DNA from: Cystobasidiomycetes sp. EMM_F5 | Taxonomy: Eukaryota | Direction: 5' to 3' | DNA length: 64,000 nucleotides | Assembly (NCBI GenBank): GCA_051047955.1 | Contig: JBPGPT010000009.1 | Location: 248,001 to 312,000 of the forward strand | Shown: positions 47,662 to 60,613 of the stretch, in pieces | Position numbering within the stretch: the first letter of the stretch is position 1 | How the letters are laid out: the number at the start of each line of letters is the position of its first letter | Notes under the pieces: model-generated | What the model was told of the DNA's origin: nothing | Database searches by the model: none | The model's input: only the letters and a program-made list of their open reading frames with translations | Program-made: the position numbers and the translations under genes

Positions 47662-49805
47662 CTATGTTACAGTAAGATCTGCACTCGCCGTGACTTCAGA
47701 TAGCTGCGGTTGCACAGGCAAAGTCTTGGAGGGCAGGCCGAGTGGTTCGACATGCTCGATGACAATTGCGCGACGGACCCATGCGCGACGCCGTGTATAT
47801 CGTCCTAACCCACCTTTGGATGACGGTTTCTCCCTGCATGGCGACATTAGCACATAGTTATGGTGTTCGTCTCCACAGATGGATCGCTCACCAATGGTTA
47901 TCAGCGTAGGCCCAGCCTTGATTGTCCACTACCCAGTCAGCCGATCCTAAGTCTTGCACGGCAGCATCCGTATCGTCCATTCGTTGCGGGTGGCCCGGCA
48001 AATCGTCTGCATATTTCGGATCTACATCGAGCTTCTGCTGCTGTTTCTGCTCTGCTTCTTGGGCATCTTTCGAGTCTTTGTTAACCTTGTCGACATTTGC
48101 TAGGATGGCCGGCTTGCCGTCTTTGAGTAAATCTGCAAAGAATCCTGAACTGCCTTTCCGGGCGTGAGTTGCTGCGTTGGCCTTGTCATCCCCGCTAGTT
48201 ATGCTTGTTGTGCTGCCTCGACGAGCCCTATCAGACGAGGTTTCTTCGCTTTTGCTGCGGGAATTGAGCATATTCTTCCAATCTCCAAGCGAACCCTTCA
48301 AGTCCTTGGCCTGTGCGGCTGTAGCTGTAGCTGGTGCTGCAGCTGGTGGATTCAGATTGGCTCCTATGGTCGAGGGCGATATCATGATACCAGCGGTACC
48401 TCGTATCCGCCATTCGGGGTCTGACCACTTCCAGGTGTAAGTTTTTGTGGTCGTAGACGTGTTCACAGTGGTAGCGGTAGGTAAGGCAAACGATCCAGGC
48501 GGAGAACAAGCAGCATGGGTAGGATCTGACCAGCTTGGACGCTCGTTCGGAAGAAGAGCTTGTGTCCATTCCAAACCAATCCACCATCGCTGCGTACGCA
48601 AATGTTAAGCTTGGAGGCATTAGCAAGAGCGTGACTTGACATGCCTGATTTTCGAATATTGTGAACAAATATTGCACTTCCGCAGCTTCCGCTTCTGCAA
48701 CTGCCCTGGAATACAGCTGAACGTCTGAAGATTTGCTCGGGGCTCGTTTCATAGGGGACGCTGCAATGTCTGACCCAACATTTATCCTAATTGCGCGAAT
48801 GGAGCGAATACCAGCCAAGATGCCTATGTTTGGCTGACCCACTGCTACCTCGGTTTTCGCAAATCGAAGCTCTCCTTGTAATAGTCTCAGAAGTAGTCGA
48901 GCTGTCCGCCGCACTAGAACGCTCGACCAGAGTGTGCGGCGGATGACAGCGAACCATGGTGCTTCCCATAGTAGCACAGTTATTCCGGCAAAGCAGACAA
49001 TGTGACTAGTGGGTACAAAGTATGTGAGGATGAGGTAGAAAGGATAGCTTGTCAGGAGGAGATTGAGCCACGCGTAAGAAAGACCGGGGCTGCGCCATGT
49101 GAAAGGCTCTAGGACTGGAGTATAAGCACGGCGTAGAGCCTGCAAGTGTATTGATATGACACTAGACTGGTCTAGTAAACGATTCAGTGCAGCCGGCGTG
49201 AGGACTTGCACGGCAGGCTGATTTATGGTTGCTGGAGCCAGTGTGCGTACGCTGGAATCGTCATGGGCGTGAGTCGGCGGAGTCGTCCTAGCAGTAGCTT
49301 TATTGAATCTCTGACCGCCTCGTCCAGCAACCCATCCTAATCCCAGAATTGTCAGGAGTGCCCCATTGAGACCGTACTTGATCAGTGCATGTCCGCCTAG
49401 TGTGATAGTGATCCAAGCGATGGGTAACAAGAACGGCGCGAACCGATTTGGATGTGTCCATGTGAGAAGCTGCACAAAATGAGCCAGAACGTCTATGAAA
49501 GGTGCGCTGACGACGAGAAGCCGCAGTATCGGGGGCGGCAGAGTGAGCAGTACATCCGTCGGGCTGGAGGCCGTTCCTAGAGAAGCCAAGGCTGCGCTGG
49601 AGGACGGAGTGGATGCTGCGTTGTTAATGTTGGACGAAACAGGCGCAGCAGCATCGGTAGCCTGTGCTGGACGCGGTGATGCTACAGCTGACGAGTCTGG
49701 CTGTGACATCGACCCGGAAGTCATACTGGGGTTGACCGCTATGATGGCGGGAGATGCGAGCATGTACAGCGTCGGATCATTTATCGGGAGGTCAATAGCG
49801 GCCAT
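47662..49805 (-). CDS. Peroxin Pex24/Pex30 family (reticulon-like TM region + dysferlin domain)
   Basis: TM region with LLWEAPWF, FTIFENQRWWIGLEW..LLPNERPSWSD, GWAYADNHW, and YTRRRAWVRRA. Confidence 0.88.
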
Positions 49806-50130
49806 TCATGGTGGCATACGTAAGTTGAGGGTAAGCCAAATGCAAATCAAACCAAGTTCGGCGATACCGGCTCGTCTGCCCGTCCCTGCAAATCGCGAGC
49901 AACATGGACATTCAAGACGATATGGAAGCTGCGAGCAACATCTTGTGTGCAGCCTACGCAGCGCCTACTCGTAGTCGTCTTCTGTATTGCTCGATGAGAT
50001 GAAATAGAGCGAAAAACAACGAATGATCCAATTGGCGGTAGGATTCATTACGAGAGATTACACTCAAAGCTACTGCATGAAGTTGTTGACGCTTAGACGC
50101 GCATCGCACGTCGTCCAGAGCTTCCCTCAT

Positions 50131-50925
<795 letters not shown>

Positions 50926-51906
50926 TTTGAGTCGACTGCGATCCTAGACGAGTGGGGCGGGCTCGAGCAGGATTTCAGATATTCAGCGGCAGATTCAACC
51001 GCTACAGTGACAGAGAGTATGCGTATTCGACGGCGTATTGTGTCGGGTTGTCGAGGGAGTCTTCTTCGGGGATTTGGCGACGAGGAAGAAAATATCGATC
51101 AATGCGCAAAAAGGGCTGAAAGGGTTGTCCTTGCGCGCTGGGTGCAGAAGCATGAGTGTTTCTATCGCAGCTTGTTGTTGTGTAAGACTGCTGCTTGAAA
51201 TAGGCCTCTACCAAGGCTGGTGAAGTAAAGAATTACAGGCTTTGCATGCGACGGGAGCGCAGGAGGTCATTTGCAGTCACGTGCCCGTCGAGGACCTGAA
51301 GCACCACTGACAGCAACCATCTATTCTCTCAGAGCTTCAGCTGTAGCAGCAGGCAGATCAAATTGCGCATTGCAATTAGATGACGCTTAATGTTGGCCAA
51401 GATGTGAATGCTTAGTCTTCCATGCAAGCAGCAAACGTCAGGGTTCTCTTTTGCAAAGGACGAAACGACCCTTGTATCCGCACCCTTGCTGCCTAGACCT
51501 GTATAAGGCGACAGCTGCCTGGCGGACAATAAGCGAGCAAGGCGGCAACGTCCAGCAAGTCGCGTTAGGTGTGTACTTTTCGCCAATCACCGTCTGCAGT
51601 TCACAAGGCAGAACCACCCTCCGGCAATACCGACAAAAACGATGAAGTTTCCGAATCTATCAATATATCAATCTGTCAATCCACTGAGCATGTATGGGTC
51701 AAGATGCTTGCATCGACGCCCATCCATGTCGTGAGCCGATTATGGAAATGTCTGAAATCAACACAAAGCCATGAATACTACAACAGTCCATCAGAGCGCA
51801 TGAGCGTGTGACGCTGACGACCGCTGCTATTTGCTCGTGTAGAACAGCCTCATGTGCCGGCGGTAGCATCGACAGAAAGCCGACGTTCCGGCCATAATTC
51901 AACACC

Positions 51907-52481
51907 ATGAATGCTCCAAACAGATTCGAGCTGCATGTGCTCAACGATGGGGAATCAAAGTCAGTAGAGCATTGAATGCCTCTGCAAGTGCAACATGACT
52001 TACCTGACCTGCTCTTGCGTGCAGAATTCTGGTCGAAGAAGACACCAAGATCCCCAACGCGGCAACCGTAATTATCAACAAGGAGGATCATACGCTGGCT
52101 GGCATGCTTCGCAGTCAGCTGTTGCAAATGGAACACGTCCTCTTTGCCGGCTACAAAGTACCTCACCCCCTAGAACCGCGCTTCATCATCAAGATCCAGA
52201 CGACTGCCGAGTCTACACCCATTCAAGCTGTCCAGGAAGCGTGCACTGCGCTCATCACACTTCTAGCTCGGATAAAGGACGAATTGCAGAGGGAATTTGA
52301 TACGGCTAAAGCTATGGGAACGGTCGCTCCCCCAACAGCTCTCGGCGTGCAAGCGCAGTATGGCCAGACGAGCACACGGCCAGCCGACGGCATACAGCCA
52401 GAAGGCATATACGGCGCAACCGCAGCAAACCCGTACGATGCAGAGGGTATCCCCGCATCCGGTTTCTCCGAGTTTATCTGA
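51907..52481 (+). CDS. RPB11: RNA polymerase II subunit Rpb11
   Basis: MNAPNRFEL..EDTKIPNAA..KEDHTLAGMLRSQLL..VLFAGYKVPHPLE. Confidence 0.96.
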
Positions 52482-52642
52482 TGTTTACGGAATGATGACA
52501 ACAAGCAGGAGGTCTGTTGCAACTCCACTAAATGCAGTACAGGTACAGTCTGTATGCAGCATGATGACTGTGTATCCGAGGTACTACTCTTACTTGACTG
52601 CCAACCGTGTTGTCGTAATATACAAACAGCAACGTACAAACA

Positions 52643-53328
52643 TCATGACATGGTCGCATCCTCTTGCTTCTCCGCTTGCGGCCGCGTCTTCATTGCACGC
52701 ACATCGTCCAGCGTCAAAGGTTTCGTTTCTGTCGTGTCGTAGTCCCCTTCGGCAACATCTGCCTTGTATTTTTCGTCGATAGTCCGGAAGATGACTTCGA
52801 GCGCATCTATTCCCTTATGAACAGCATCTACGGCGGACTTGCCATCTACAGGGACAGAATGTGATGGAAGCGAGGCGCCATCATGGAGGAATCAGCATTG
52901 GTTTCGGAGAGTGAGTGGCATGAAAAGAAAGTATGCTACTGACCATGCATCTGTACACGCAGGTGGATCTTAGGTTCAGACGGATGTGGTGCGCTGTATC
53001 CACAGAATTCAACATCCGGGCTGATTTGCAGGCATTGTCAGCTCCATGACGCAAACCATCCTCCGTTCACCAAATTCTGTTCGAGCCCACTTCTTCATGA
53101 TTGCCCAGCGCAGACTGTTTCCAAGCGTATGATCTTCATTGTGGATGCAGAATGTGCATTCGCTGCCGTCTGGAGCTGCCCCCGGTAGCTTTCAAGGCGT
53201 GTACAGGGTTACGATCAGTCTTGCTCTGCGGACACCAGTTGGTTTGTTTTCCGTACAATTTCGACTTTGGGTCCACTTCCTTGCGGCGCGAGTGCTGCCC
53301 TTTCGCGGGGGTCGTCTAGCCTTTCCAT
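52643..53328 (-). CDS. RPC19: RNA polymerase I/III shared subunit AC19 (POLR1D); missed by the ORF track
   Basis: Four exons spliced by hand: MERLDDP..KVEI|LPGAAPDGSECTFCIHNEDHTLGNSLRWAIMKN|PDVEFCGYSAPHPSEPKIHLRVQMH|DGKSAVDAVHKG. Confidence 0.95.
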
Positions 53329-53392
53329 GCTTTATCGAGCGCTTTGGCTGGTCATCGGAAAAGCCGTGCTGCGTCCAACCTGAAACTGCGAC

Positions 53393-53516
53393 CACTGCAG
53401 AACCGGGCTGTATTTTGAAAGGGTCAAAAAGGGCATGAAAGACCAAACAGCCTTGCGCCAGTCCCAAAGCCGTTGTGCAATAGTCGAGCAATAGCTGAAC
53501 AATTACATATGATTTT
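53393..53516 (+). repeat. Left imperfect terminal inverted repeat / subterminal region
   Basis: GCAGAACCGGGC (53397-53408), GAAAGACCA (53437-53445), TTGTGCAATAGTCGAGCAATAG (53473-53494) and TATGATTTT (53508-53516) all recur inverted and in the same order at 62612-62780. Confidence 0.75.
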
Positions 53517-53531
53517 TGTAGCAATTGCTCG

Positions 53532-53692
53532 TTGCCTTCATTACTCTTGCCCTTGACTTGCGCTTCCCTTGCACAGGTCTTGCGCCCCCATTGCCTTTGC
53601 CTTGCTGTAGCAATTCAAAGCTATTGTTCACGCATCAACATTGCCTTCCCTTTGCCTTGCTTCGGTCTGGCAAAAGTCCACTGCTTTGCCTT
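53532..53692 (+). repeat. Cluster of short subterminal repeats TTGCCTT
   Basis: Copies at 53532, 53591, 53597, 53641, 53652 and 53686. Confidence 0.6.
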
Positions 53693-53842
53693 GTACGACC
53701 TTTCCCAATAGTAGCATATGGTGGCGAAGGGTCAATGCACGCGACAGGAAGACGCAGCAATAGACGGCAGGAAGCTAGTTGATTACACCGTCACGTTGTT
53801 CTACAATCACAAAATCACACTTTGATGTTCTCTGCTTTTGCT

Positions 53843-55532
53843 TCACAGATATTTGGCGACCTTAGCCATGTTACGGTACCTTGCAATGCTAGCTGCCTCC
53901 GCCTTGTCCACGACCTTGCGTCCCATTCCAGCATAAAATGCTTGCCCTTTGCAGGGAGGCTCGCATCCACCGCAGTGACCGATATTGACGTGCTGGTAAA
54001 GGTCGTTGCTGCCTTCCAGGTTGACGAAAATTCGATGAGGCTGCCGGGAAACAAGCACGTCAGCGCAGAAGTGACATTGCCAAAGTATGTGCTCACAGTC
54101 CGTGCACATTTCTGACGACGAATATTCCGCTTGGGACTCTCGATGTGAATATGACTCGGAGTGAGGCAGGAGGTGTGGTGGCAAAGGTGCGAAAGATGCA
54201 GACTACCTTTGGCCTTTTGGTTTGCTTTGCGATACTTGCGCAGATCAGGATGCCTGCCATTCTGCATCAGCCACAGTTGACGTGCTGATGAAATTGCGCT
54301 CACTTCGGACCGTACTTCGCAACGGCGAGTACCTTATGAAGCGTCAATGTTTTGAAGCCTTTTATAGTCAGAGTTGGGTAAGCGCCCTAGCAAATGAGTA
54401 GATTAGCAAAATCATACGTCTATGTTATGTGTGTCAGAGAAGCTCACGGCTTGATTGGCGCCCATCATCAAACAGCCATGAGATAATGGCAGTTTGACGG
54501 CAGCAGGGCGCTGACCCCACTTGCTCGCCTGTTTGGCGATGGCATCCAGGGCTTGGTTCTTGCTCAGGTGATACCAATCCTTCTTTGCGTCTTTCGCCGG
54601 TGGAGTGATTTCCGGCGATGGCTGTAGTTGTGGGGCCGATGGAGATCCTCTAGGCGGGGTCGACAGAACGCGGGCGGGTGGCCGCGAGATGACAAAGACC
54701 TCAGTCTTAGACGGTGTCTCAACCCGCACTCGAATTGGCGATTTAATCCTGGAGATTTTGCGAGCTTGAACGTCTCTGGCCGGCGGCGGTGTGTGCGGAA
54801 TTGCCGCTTTGACGACGACTGGGGATGGAGACTGCGGATGAGCCTTGACAACGACATCTGCTTCCACGAATCGCGTGTGCACAGGGGTAACTTTGACATT
54901 TTCTGAGCGAAAAGACAGTCAGGCAAGACCGACTGAAGATTGCGGAAAATCATACCTTTTTCTTCGATTATTTGTAGACCGGCACGGTCTAAGCAAGTGT
55001 GACACACTTTCTGTGCATCTCTGACGGCATCGTAAGCTTTGTCCAGAGCTTTCGTGAGCCTGGCTGGGTCTTTGCCATAGGCATGTTCAGCAACCTGCAA
55101 TCTGGCCAAGTTGCTGCATAATTCGGCCGTCTCTTGCTGCAGATCTTTGACGAGGATGACCAACTGTGTCGTATTATAGGGATGGCGATGGTCCTTAATA
55201 GGCCGGATTTTGCGCTGCGGCGAGGTCGACTGCTGGCGGCCAGAAAGACGGCTGAAAGCCTGAACGTGTGCTGGACTGCGCACTTTGCGATGTGCGTTGG
55301 TTGCAGTACTGTCTAGTAGTGTATGCATGCTGTCGACGGTATGTCGTCCAGCAGCGTGATGCCCATGCAAAGAGGAAAGAGGAAATTTGGGTGACCACAC
55401 CGAAATCGAGCAGAAGTCGAGGACAGTGCGCTGTGGCTGCACACATCGAACGTTAACGTGTGATTTTCCCAGATTACGTCGTCGTACAAGTCGTAGCTTC
55501 TTCTGCTTTGCCAAAATCCCTTGTCTGATCAT
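53843..55532 (-). CDS. His-Cys box / His-Me finger (I-PpoI-like) endonuclease A with long basic, Pro-rich N-terminal extension
   Basis: Exons ..54956, 54902-54448, 54386-54304, 54253-54097 and 54040-53843 splice in frame to GCLMM..GAYPTL..LHKVLAVAK..SHLCHHTSCLTPSHIHIESPKRNIRRQKC..HCGGCEPPC. Start uncertain (55532 or 55329). Confidence 0.8.
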
Positions 55533-55729
55533 GGAGTCCTCGAGGACTGTTGACGGCAGCTCGTCCTGTGCGTGCTGCACGGAAAAATGGAAAAGACCAT
55601 GTGGATCCTGGCGTCTAGTCTTGGACAAAAACCAGCGTCCCTTGCCTGCTGCTGTCTGTCTAGCTGCTGCAGCTGTACTGCCCGGTATCCGTCTATTTTG
55701 GCTGGCCGGCGGTCACGTGCTCGAAAAAA

Positions 55730-56538
55730 ATGGACGACACTGCAGCTCAGCTGAAAGCACTGTCAAAACTCACGCAAGAAGAAGCGAAGGCTGCAATCAA
55801 GAGAATTAGAGACGGAGGCTTGGTTGGAGACGTCATGTATAAGCCAGCTGTCGTAATCCCCATTACGGATTGTATCTTGGCTCAGCCGACAGACCCAGTC
55901 AGTTGAAGTTCATCAAAATCACACGTGTATGTTCAGTACTGATGATTGGCAGGAGTGGAACGGCGGCTATATGACCATCAAGGTCAAATCGGGATGCTCA
56001 GACTTTGTCCATCGCGTGCTAGTTGTGGCGAAAGGGTGGGAACGAAATCTACGATGCTCAGCAGAGCCTCGCTAAACGTACTATGCCAGAAAAACACATG
56101 TCAAAGCTCTGATGCAAGCAGGAAACGACGCATCGCACCGATGTCACAACGTGTTGTGTCTGAATCCTGACCACATCGAGGTGGAGACGCATGCGGAGAA
56201 CGCAGCTCGTAAGATCTGCTCATCAAGAGTCAGCCTTCTTATAGTGATACCGGAGATGCCCGTTGACTCACTGTTGCATCCAGTTAATGTACCTCGTACA
56301 GATTGAAGATCAAGATTACATCGTCGCTCCGCCAGAATGTGCACACAAGCCTGAATGCATCCCTAGATTTGTAGAACTCGACTGTGAACGCGTCTTGTCA
56401 GACCAAATGAGGGCAAAGGTAGCTGCACTTCGAGAGTATCAGGCTGAACTTGGCCGAAGTCCCAGTAAGGTTCAAGTCACCCGTAAAGGGAAATCGGCGA
56501 CAGAATCAGAGTGGAGCACCGATGAGGAGGGACGTTAG
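55730..56538 (+). CDS. His-Cys box / His-Me finger (I-PpoI-like) endonuclease B (~210 aa)
   Basis: Exons 55730-55897, 55953-56035, 56090-56228 and ~56284-56538 give DCIL..GGYMTI..VHRVLVVAKG..SHRCHNVLCLNPDHIEVETHAENAARKIC..ECAHKPEC. Confidence 0.85.
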
Positions 56539-56654
56539 GCTGCGGAGAGTCAGGCAGAGAGTCAAAATAAAATCACACGTGTTCATTCGGAGTTCGAACT
56601 TCTTGCAGTCTTTAGTATGGCTGTGCAGCTTTGGCTGGTCGATTGCTCAGTCAA

Positions 56655-59600
56655 TCAAATTAGTCGTACTAGTCCTCGATTGAGATAGAATTGTCTGACG
56701 TTTGCCGGTAATACCGCATGATCTAGCTGAGTCGGAACGACATGCGGCGGAGGTTGGCTGCTGACAGTTCCCAGCGCGACGACGTGACCGAGAGGGGCGA
56801 AAGGTTCAAAGCGATATCGTTCCACAGGGCCTAGATTAGTCGGCTGGTTAGGCGTCTTGCACATCCAGTCAACCGAGAGGAACACGTGGTATCGGCTGGC
56901 CCACTTATGAGCGAAAATAGCTCTGACTGAGCACGGCGTGCCGACTTCATCGGTGCGGTTGATCAAAGTGAAGTCGCCAGTCGTGATAGTCACTCGGCGA
57001 TGCAACAGATTGTCGTACATAACGATTTTCTTGAAACATTTGATGCGACCAAGGTTGCCTGTGAGAAGAACTGCATTTCTGTCATAGAAAGCCGAATAGG
57101 CTTGTATGAGGCTATCCCTGAATTGCAAAATCTGTCGCATCGTGCCGACTTCTGCGTGCGATTTGCCGATGTCGTCAACGAAATTCGCCGCTTTGACCTC
57201 CTTCTTTGTCATCTCCGACACCAAACGGATATTGTTGAATCTGCAGAACAAGAATGTGTGATTTTCACGGGTGATCTATCGCATAGCAATGCATAGCTCA
57301 CCGGTCCGGAATGCTGACTATTGTGACCCCTTCTAAAACTGATTTGTCGAGGATCTGCTCGTTGTCCACTTCGACAATATTGTTGTCGTGATAGTATCCA
57401 GAGAGCAATGTCGGACATACTGCTTCGAGATCTAATATAAAGCGAGCTGTTTGGTCGACGTCGAGCTCCTTGCTGGTCTTGATGAGGCGCAACGCCTGAC
57501 CGATGTTGTCTTCGCGAATGAATGTGGAGCCAGTGTCTCGTTTGTTAGTTTTGCTCATCAGTCCCTTGGGCAAGCGATGAACACTTTCATCGATGGATAC
57601 GCTCGCATTTAACAGATTGCCCACAGCTCGAGCCGAGTCGGCCATATGTAGGGCCGTATGCATGTTGGGGAGCGCGTAATCAAGACCAAAGGGTTCCAGC
57701 AGTGCAGCCAGAGCGATCCGACATTGACGAGCTGTAAGATCCAGGTCGGCGTACATCTGCTGGGTAAATTCACGCTGCAGCGACAGCCACACGTGTCGAT
57801 GGATGAGCACGGCGACTGCAACGACTTCGCGGAGGACTACATCACTACCCTGCGCCTTGATTGTCAGTGCTTTTGGGCGAATACCCCTGTTGCGGACTGA
57901 TGGCATTATTATTGTCAAAACCAGGGGAAGTATCGATATCATGGCGACAGCTTCGTGCTGTGTATAGCTTCCGGCGTGCCCGATGGACCGAACAGAGGAG
58001 TATGATTTTGGCATCGGGAATCCGCCAGCTTTGCCTCTTGCCATCGCTTTGGAGATCGCATCGACGGCCGCTGGCGATAGGACATGCTCGACCAATGGGA
58101 TCAGAAAGCGGTCCTTTACGAGACCAGAGGAGTTAGCATGCGAGACGTCGACCGGAAATTGAGAGTGCGGGTCCACAAGGACTCCCGTCCGAATATAAGG
58201 GGATGATTTTTCAGCTAATCCATACCGTGTCAGTTGCTCTTTGCATGCTTTGTCCGTAGGCTGTTCGATTGCCTCTGCTCGAATGGATTCCATTGCACCG
58301 GCTTGCCGATGGCTCTTGAACAGCTCAACTGGACTCATCAGCATATCTCCTAGACTAGCTTTCGTCACCAGGCAAAACCGACAGCCACAAATGGCATTGG
58401 GCGACAGACATCCTGCCATACTGTTGGCCTCTGGCATGTCGAATCTCGCATAAGTCATGTCCAGATAGATATCATACTTGCGTCCTTTCAAATCGACTTC
58501 AAACGGCACGACCGCATGACGTGCCAGTTGGCGCAAGGAATGTTCGAACGCGTCGTAGAAATTGGCGCCTCCGTTGATCATCAGATCATCAGCCTGGCAT
58601 CCCAAAGCAGCGTACCGAACTCACCATATGGAGTATAGCCGTAGATGAAATGGTTCCGCATTTCGTCGCGCACCCGAAACGGTAGATCCGCTGGCATAAT
58701 GTAGAAACCACCTATAGCGTGATGTGCGGTCCTGAACGCACCAAACTTGTCGTAGTAGTGGGAGAGGTGTAACACAATGGTGTGATTTGAGTCCTCCTGC
58801 TCCAATTCTTCCATAGAGACAACGCCGTTCGCAAGTTCCAGTTCGGCTCGCGTGAAGGGCAAACAAGAAGATTGTGCAAAGCCCAGTTGCTGTTCGCTTG
58901 CTGGCCAATCTTTTCCCCAAATCACACATGTCTGTTAGTGGGGCATTAGCTGATTAGACGGAAGAGGCGATGGTTTACTTTCGTTGATCTGGTCTGTAGA
59001 ATCACTCTTGCGGCGCGAAATCTTCAGCTCGGACGTTGTCATTATATCTTCTATCAAAACTTCTTGCTCTTCGTCGACCAGTAGAAAGTACGGTCCCGCC
59101 GGAAAACCGATGCCCTCTTCGTACGTAGCTAGCAATTCCGCCCATTGTGCCGCATGTGGGCCAGATTGTAAAAACAGGATCAGCTCGGCTCGGGTCTTGA
59201 TAGGCTGTACATGAGCCGTGATTGCACCGTCCTTGTCGCCCTGACGGAAGATACCGGAGATCCGTCCGAAGTAGCGACGCTGTGCTTGCTGATATTCGAC
59301 AATGCTGCCTGGCCAAATCCAAGCTTGTAATACCAATGTATGATTTCAGCTCAATCGTAAGCGCCTGGTGATCTCTGAGCACGCACCTCCATCTTGCGCT
59401 CGCAGAGGATAATCCTGTCGCGAAGATGCTATGCTTTGCCACCATAGCTGGCCATGCCAGACTTCGTAACGCTTAGCTAATTTGATCCCCAATCCCTGAT
59501 GAAGCTGTCTGAAGAGATCTGGGTTGCGCAGGATACGTTTCTCGCAAAAGTCCGCTAAATCATACTGGAATGATATGGCGGTTTTAGTAGTTGGTCCTTT

Positions 59601-60388
59601 CCATGTCTTGGTACTTCTGACTTTGACGTTCACGGGCCGCTGCACGACCCTAGTAAGTTTGAGACTCGCCATAGACTTCAATAATGCTTTCTTGCTAACG
59701 GGGAGCTGTGATGGATCAAAATCAGGCAGGAGCAGGATTTCACGGAGTTGGGAATAAAGCCGCCGAGACAGCTGATTAGTAGAGACCCATATCGCGATGG
59801 CGAGGTTAGTCTTTGCTGATGGGCTCAGCGCCTGGGCATCATCGGCCTCTTCGCCAGGACCTTCACCCGGATCATCTTCGTCAAATCGCACATGATCATT
59901 CCAAACCACGTGCAGGGGCTCATGCACGCCCATGGAATTGTTCGATGCCGAGCTTCTTCCTCCGATGCTGCTCACAGAAGATTCGGTGTCGGAACATGTG
60001 GATTCGCTGGTATCGCTTTCGCTGACGCCAGGGTCGGAGAGAGAAACATCTTCGAATGCGGGATCTGCAAACACATTTTCCACCAGAAGTCGTGTCAGTC
60101 AAAGCTTTGGCTAACATATACGTATGATTTCGCACCTATAGCTCCGGCAGTCTCCACTGGTGCTGAGGCTTCGCCAGGGGGCAGTTCTTCAGGCCAGTAT
60201 CCATCGTCACCAACTCCGTAGTCCACATCATCCATGTCCATGTGTTCATTGACCACATCGACAGGCTCTGCGACTGATGCGCGCTCGACGGCTCGGCTCC
60301 GCTGTGCGCGCTTGCGGAGTTTGGGTTGCCGCAGAGGAACATCGCTACGACTGGTCGCATATATGTTGGACAGCTTGGATCCTGCCAT
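56655..60388 (-). CDS. DDE transposase, CMC/EnSpm(Plavaka)-like, ~1,100 aa, six exons
   Basis: Motifs WHGQLW, RAELEL, HYYDKFGAFRTAHHAIGGFY, FDMPEANSMAG..CGCRFC, DVSH, LPNMHTALH and SIDESVH. Exons can be joined in frame without stops; two joins need AAG or GAG acceptors. Confidence 0.8.
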
Positions 60389-60613
60389 CAGTAATGGTCA
60401 GTCTCGTTAGATTCTGCTGGAGATTTGACTTGTGATGTGTGCGGTCGAAGTCAACCTCATTTACGCGGACTTCATCAAACGGCTCCGCCACTTTGATGCG
60501 AAACCTGACTTGCATCAGTGGTCAATCTCGACACAACCCATCCAGCAAACCACGATCCTCTGACGGAAGCTCATGATGGACTGATTCCACCTATTGTCTC
60601 ATGCTCAGGCGTC

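Noticed and set aside
52643..54303. A single RING/IBR-type Cys-rich gene
   Set aside because: On splicing, the Cys/His-rich fragments resolve into RPC19 and the end of endonuclease A.
53843..56538. Group I intron or rDNA host for the His-Cys-box genes
   Set aside because: No rRNA sequence flanks them and they contain ordinary spliceosomal introns.
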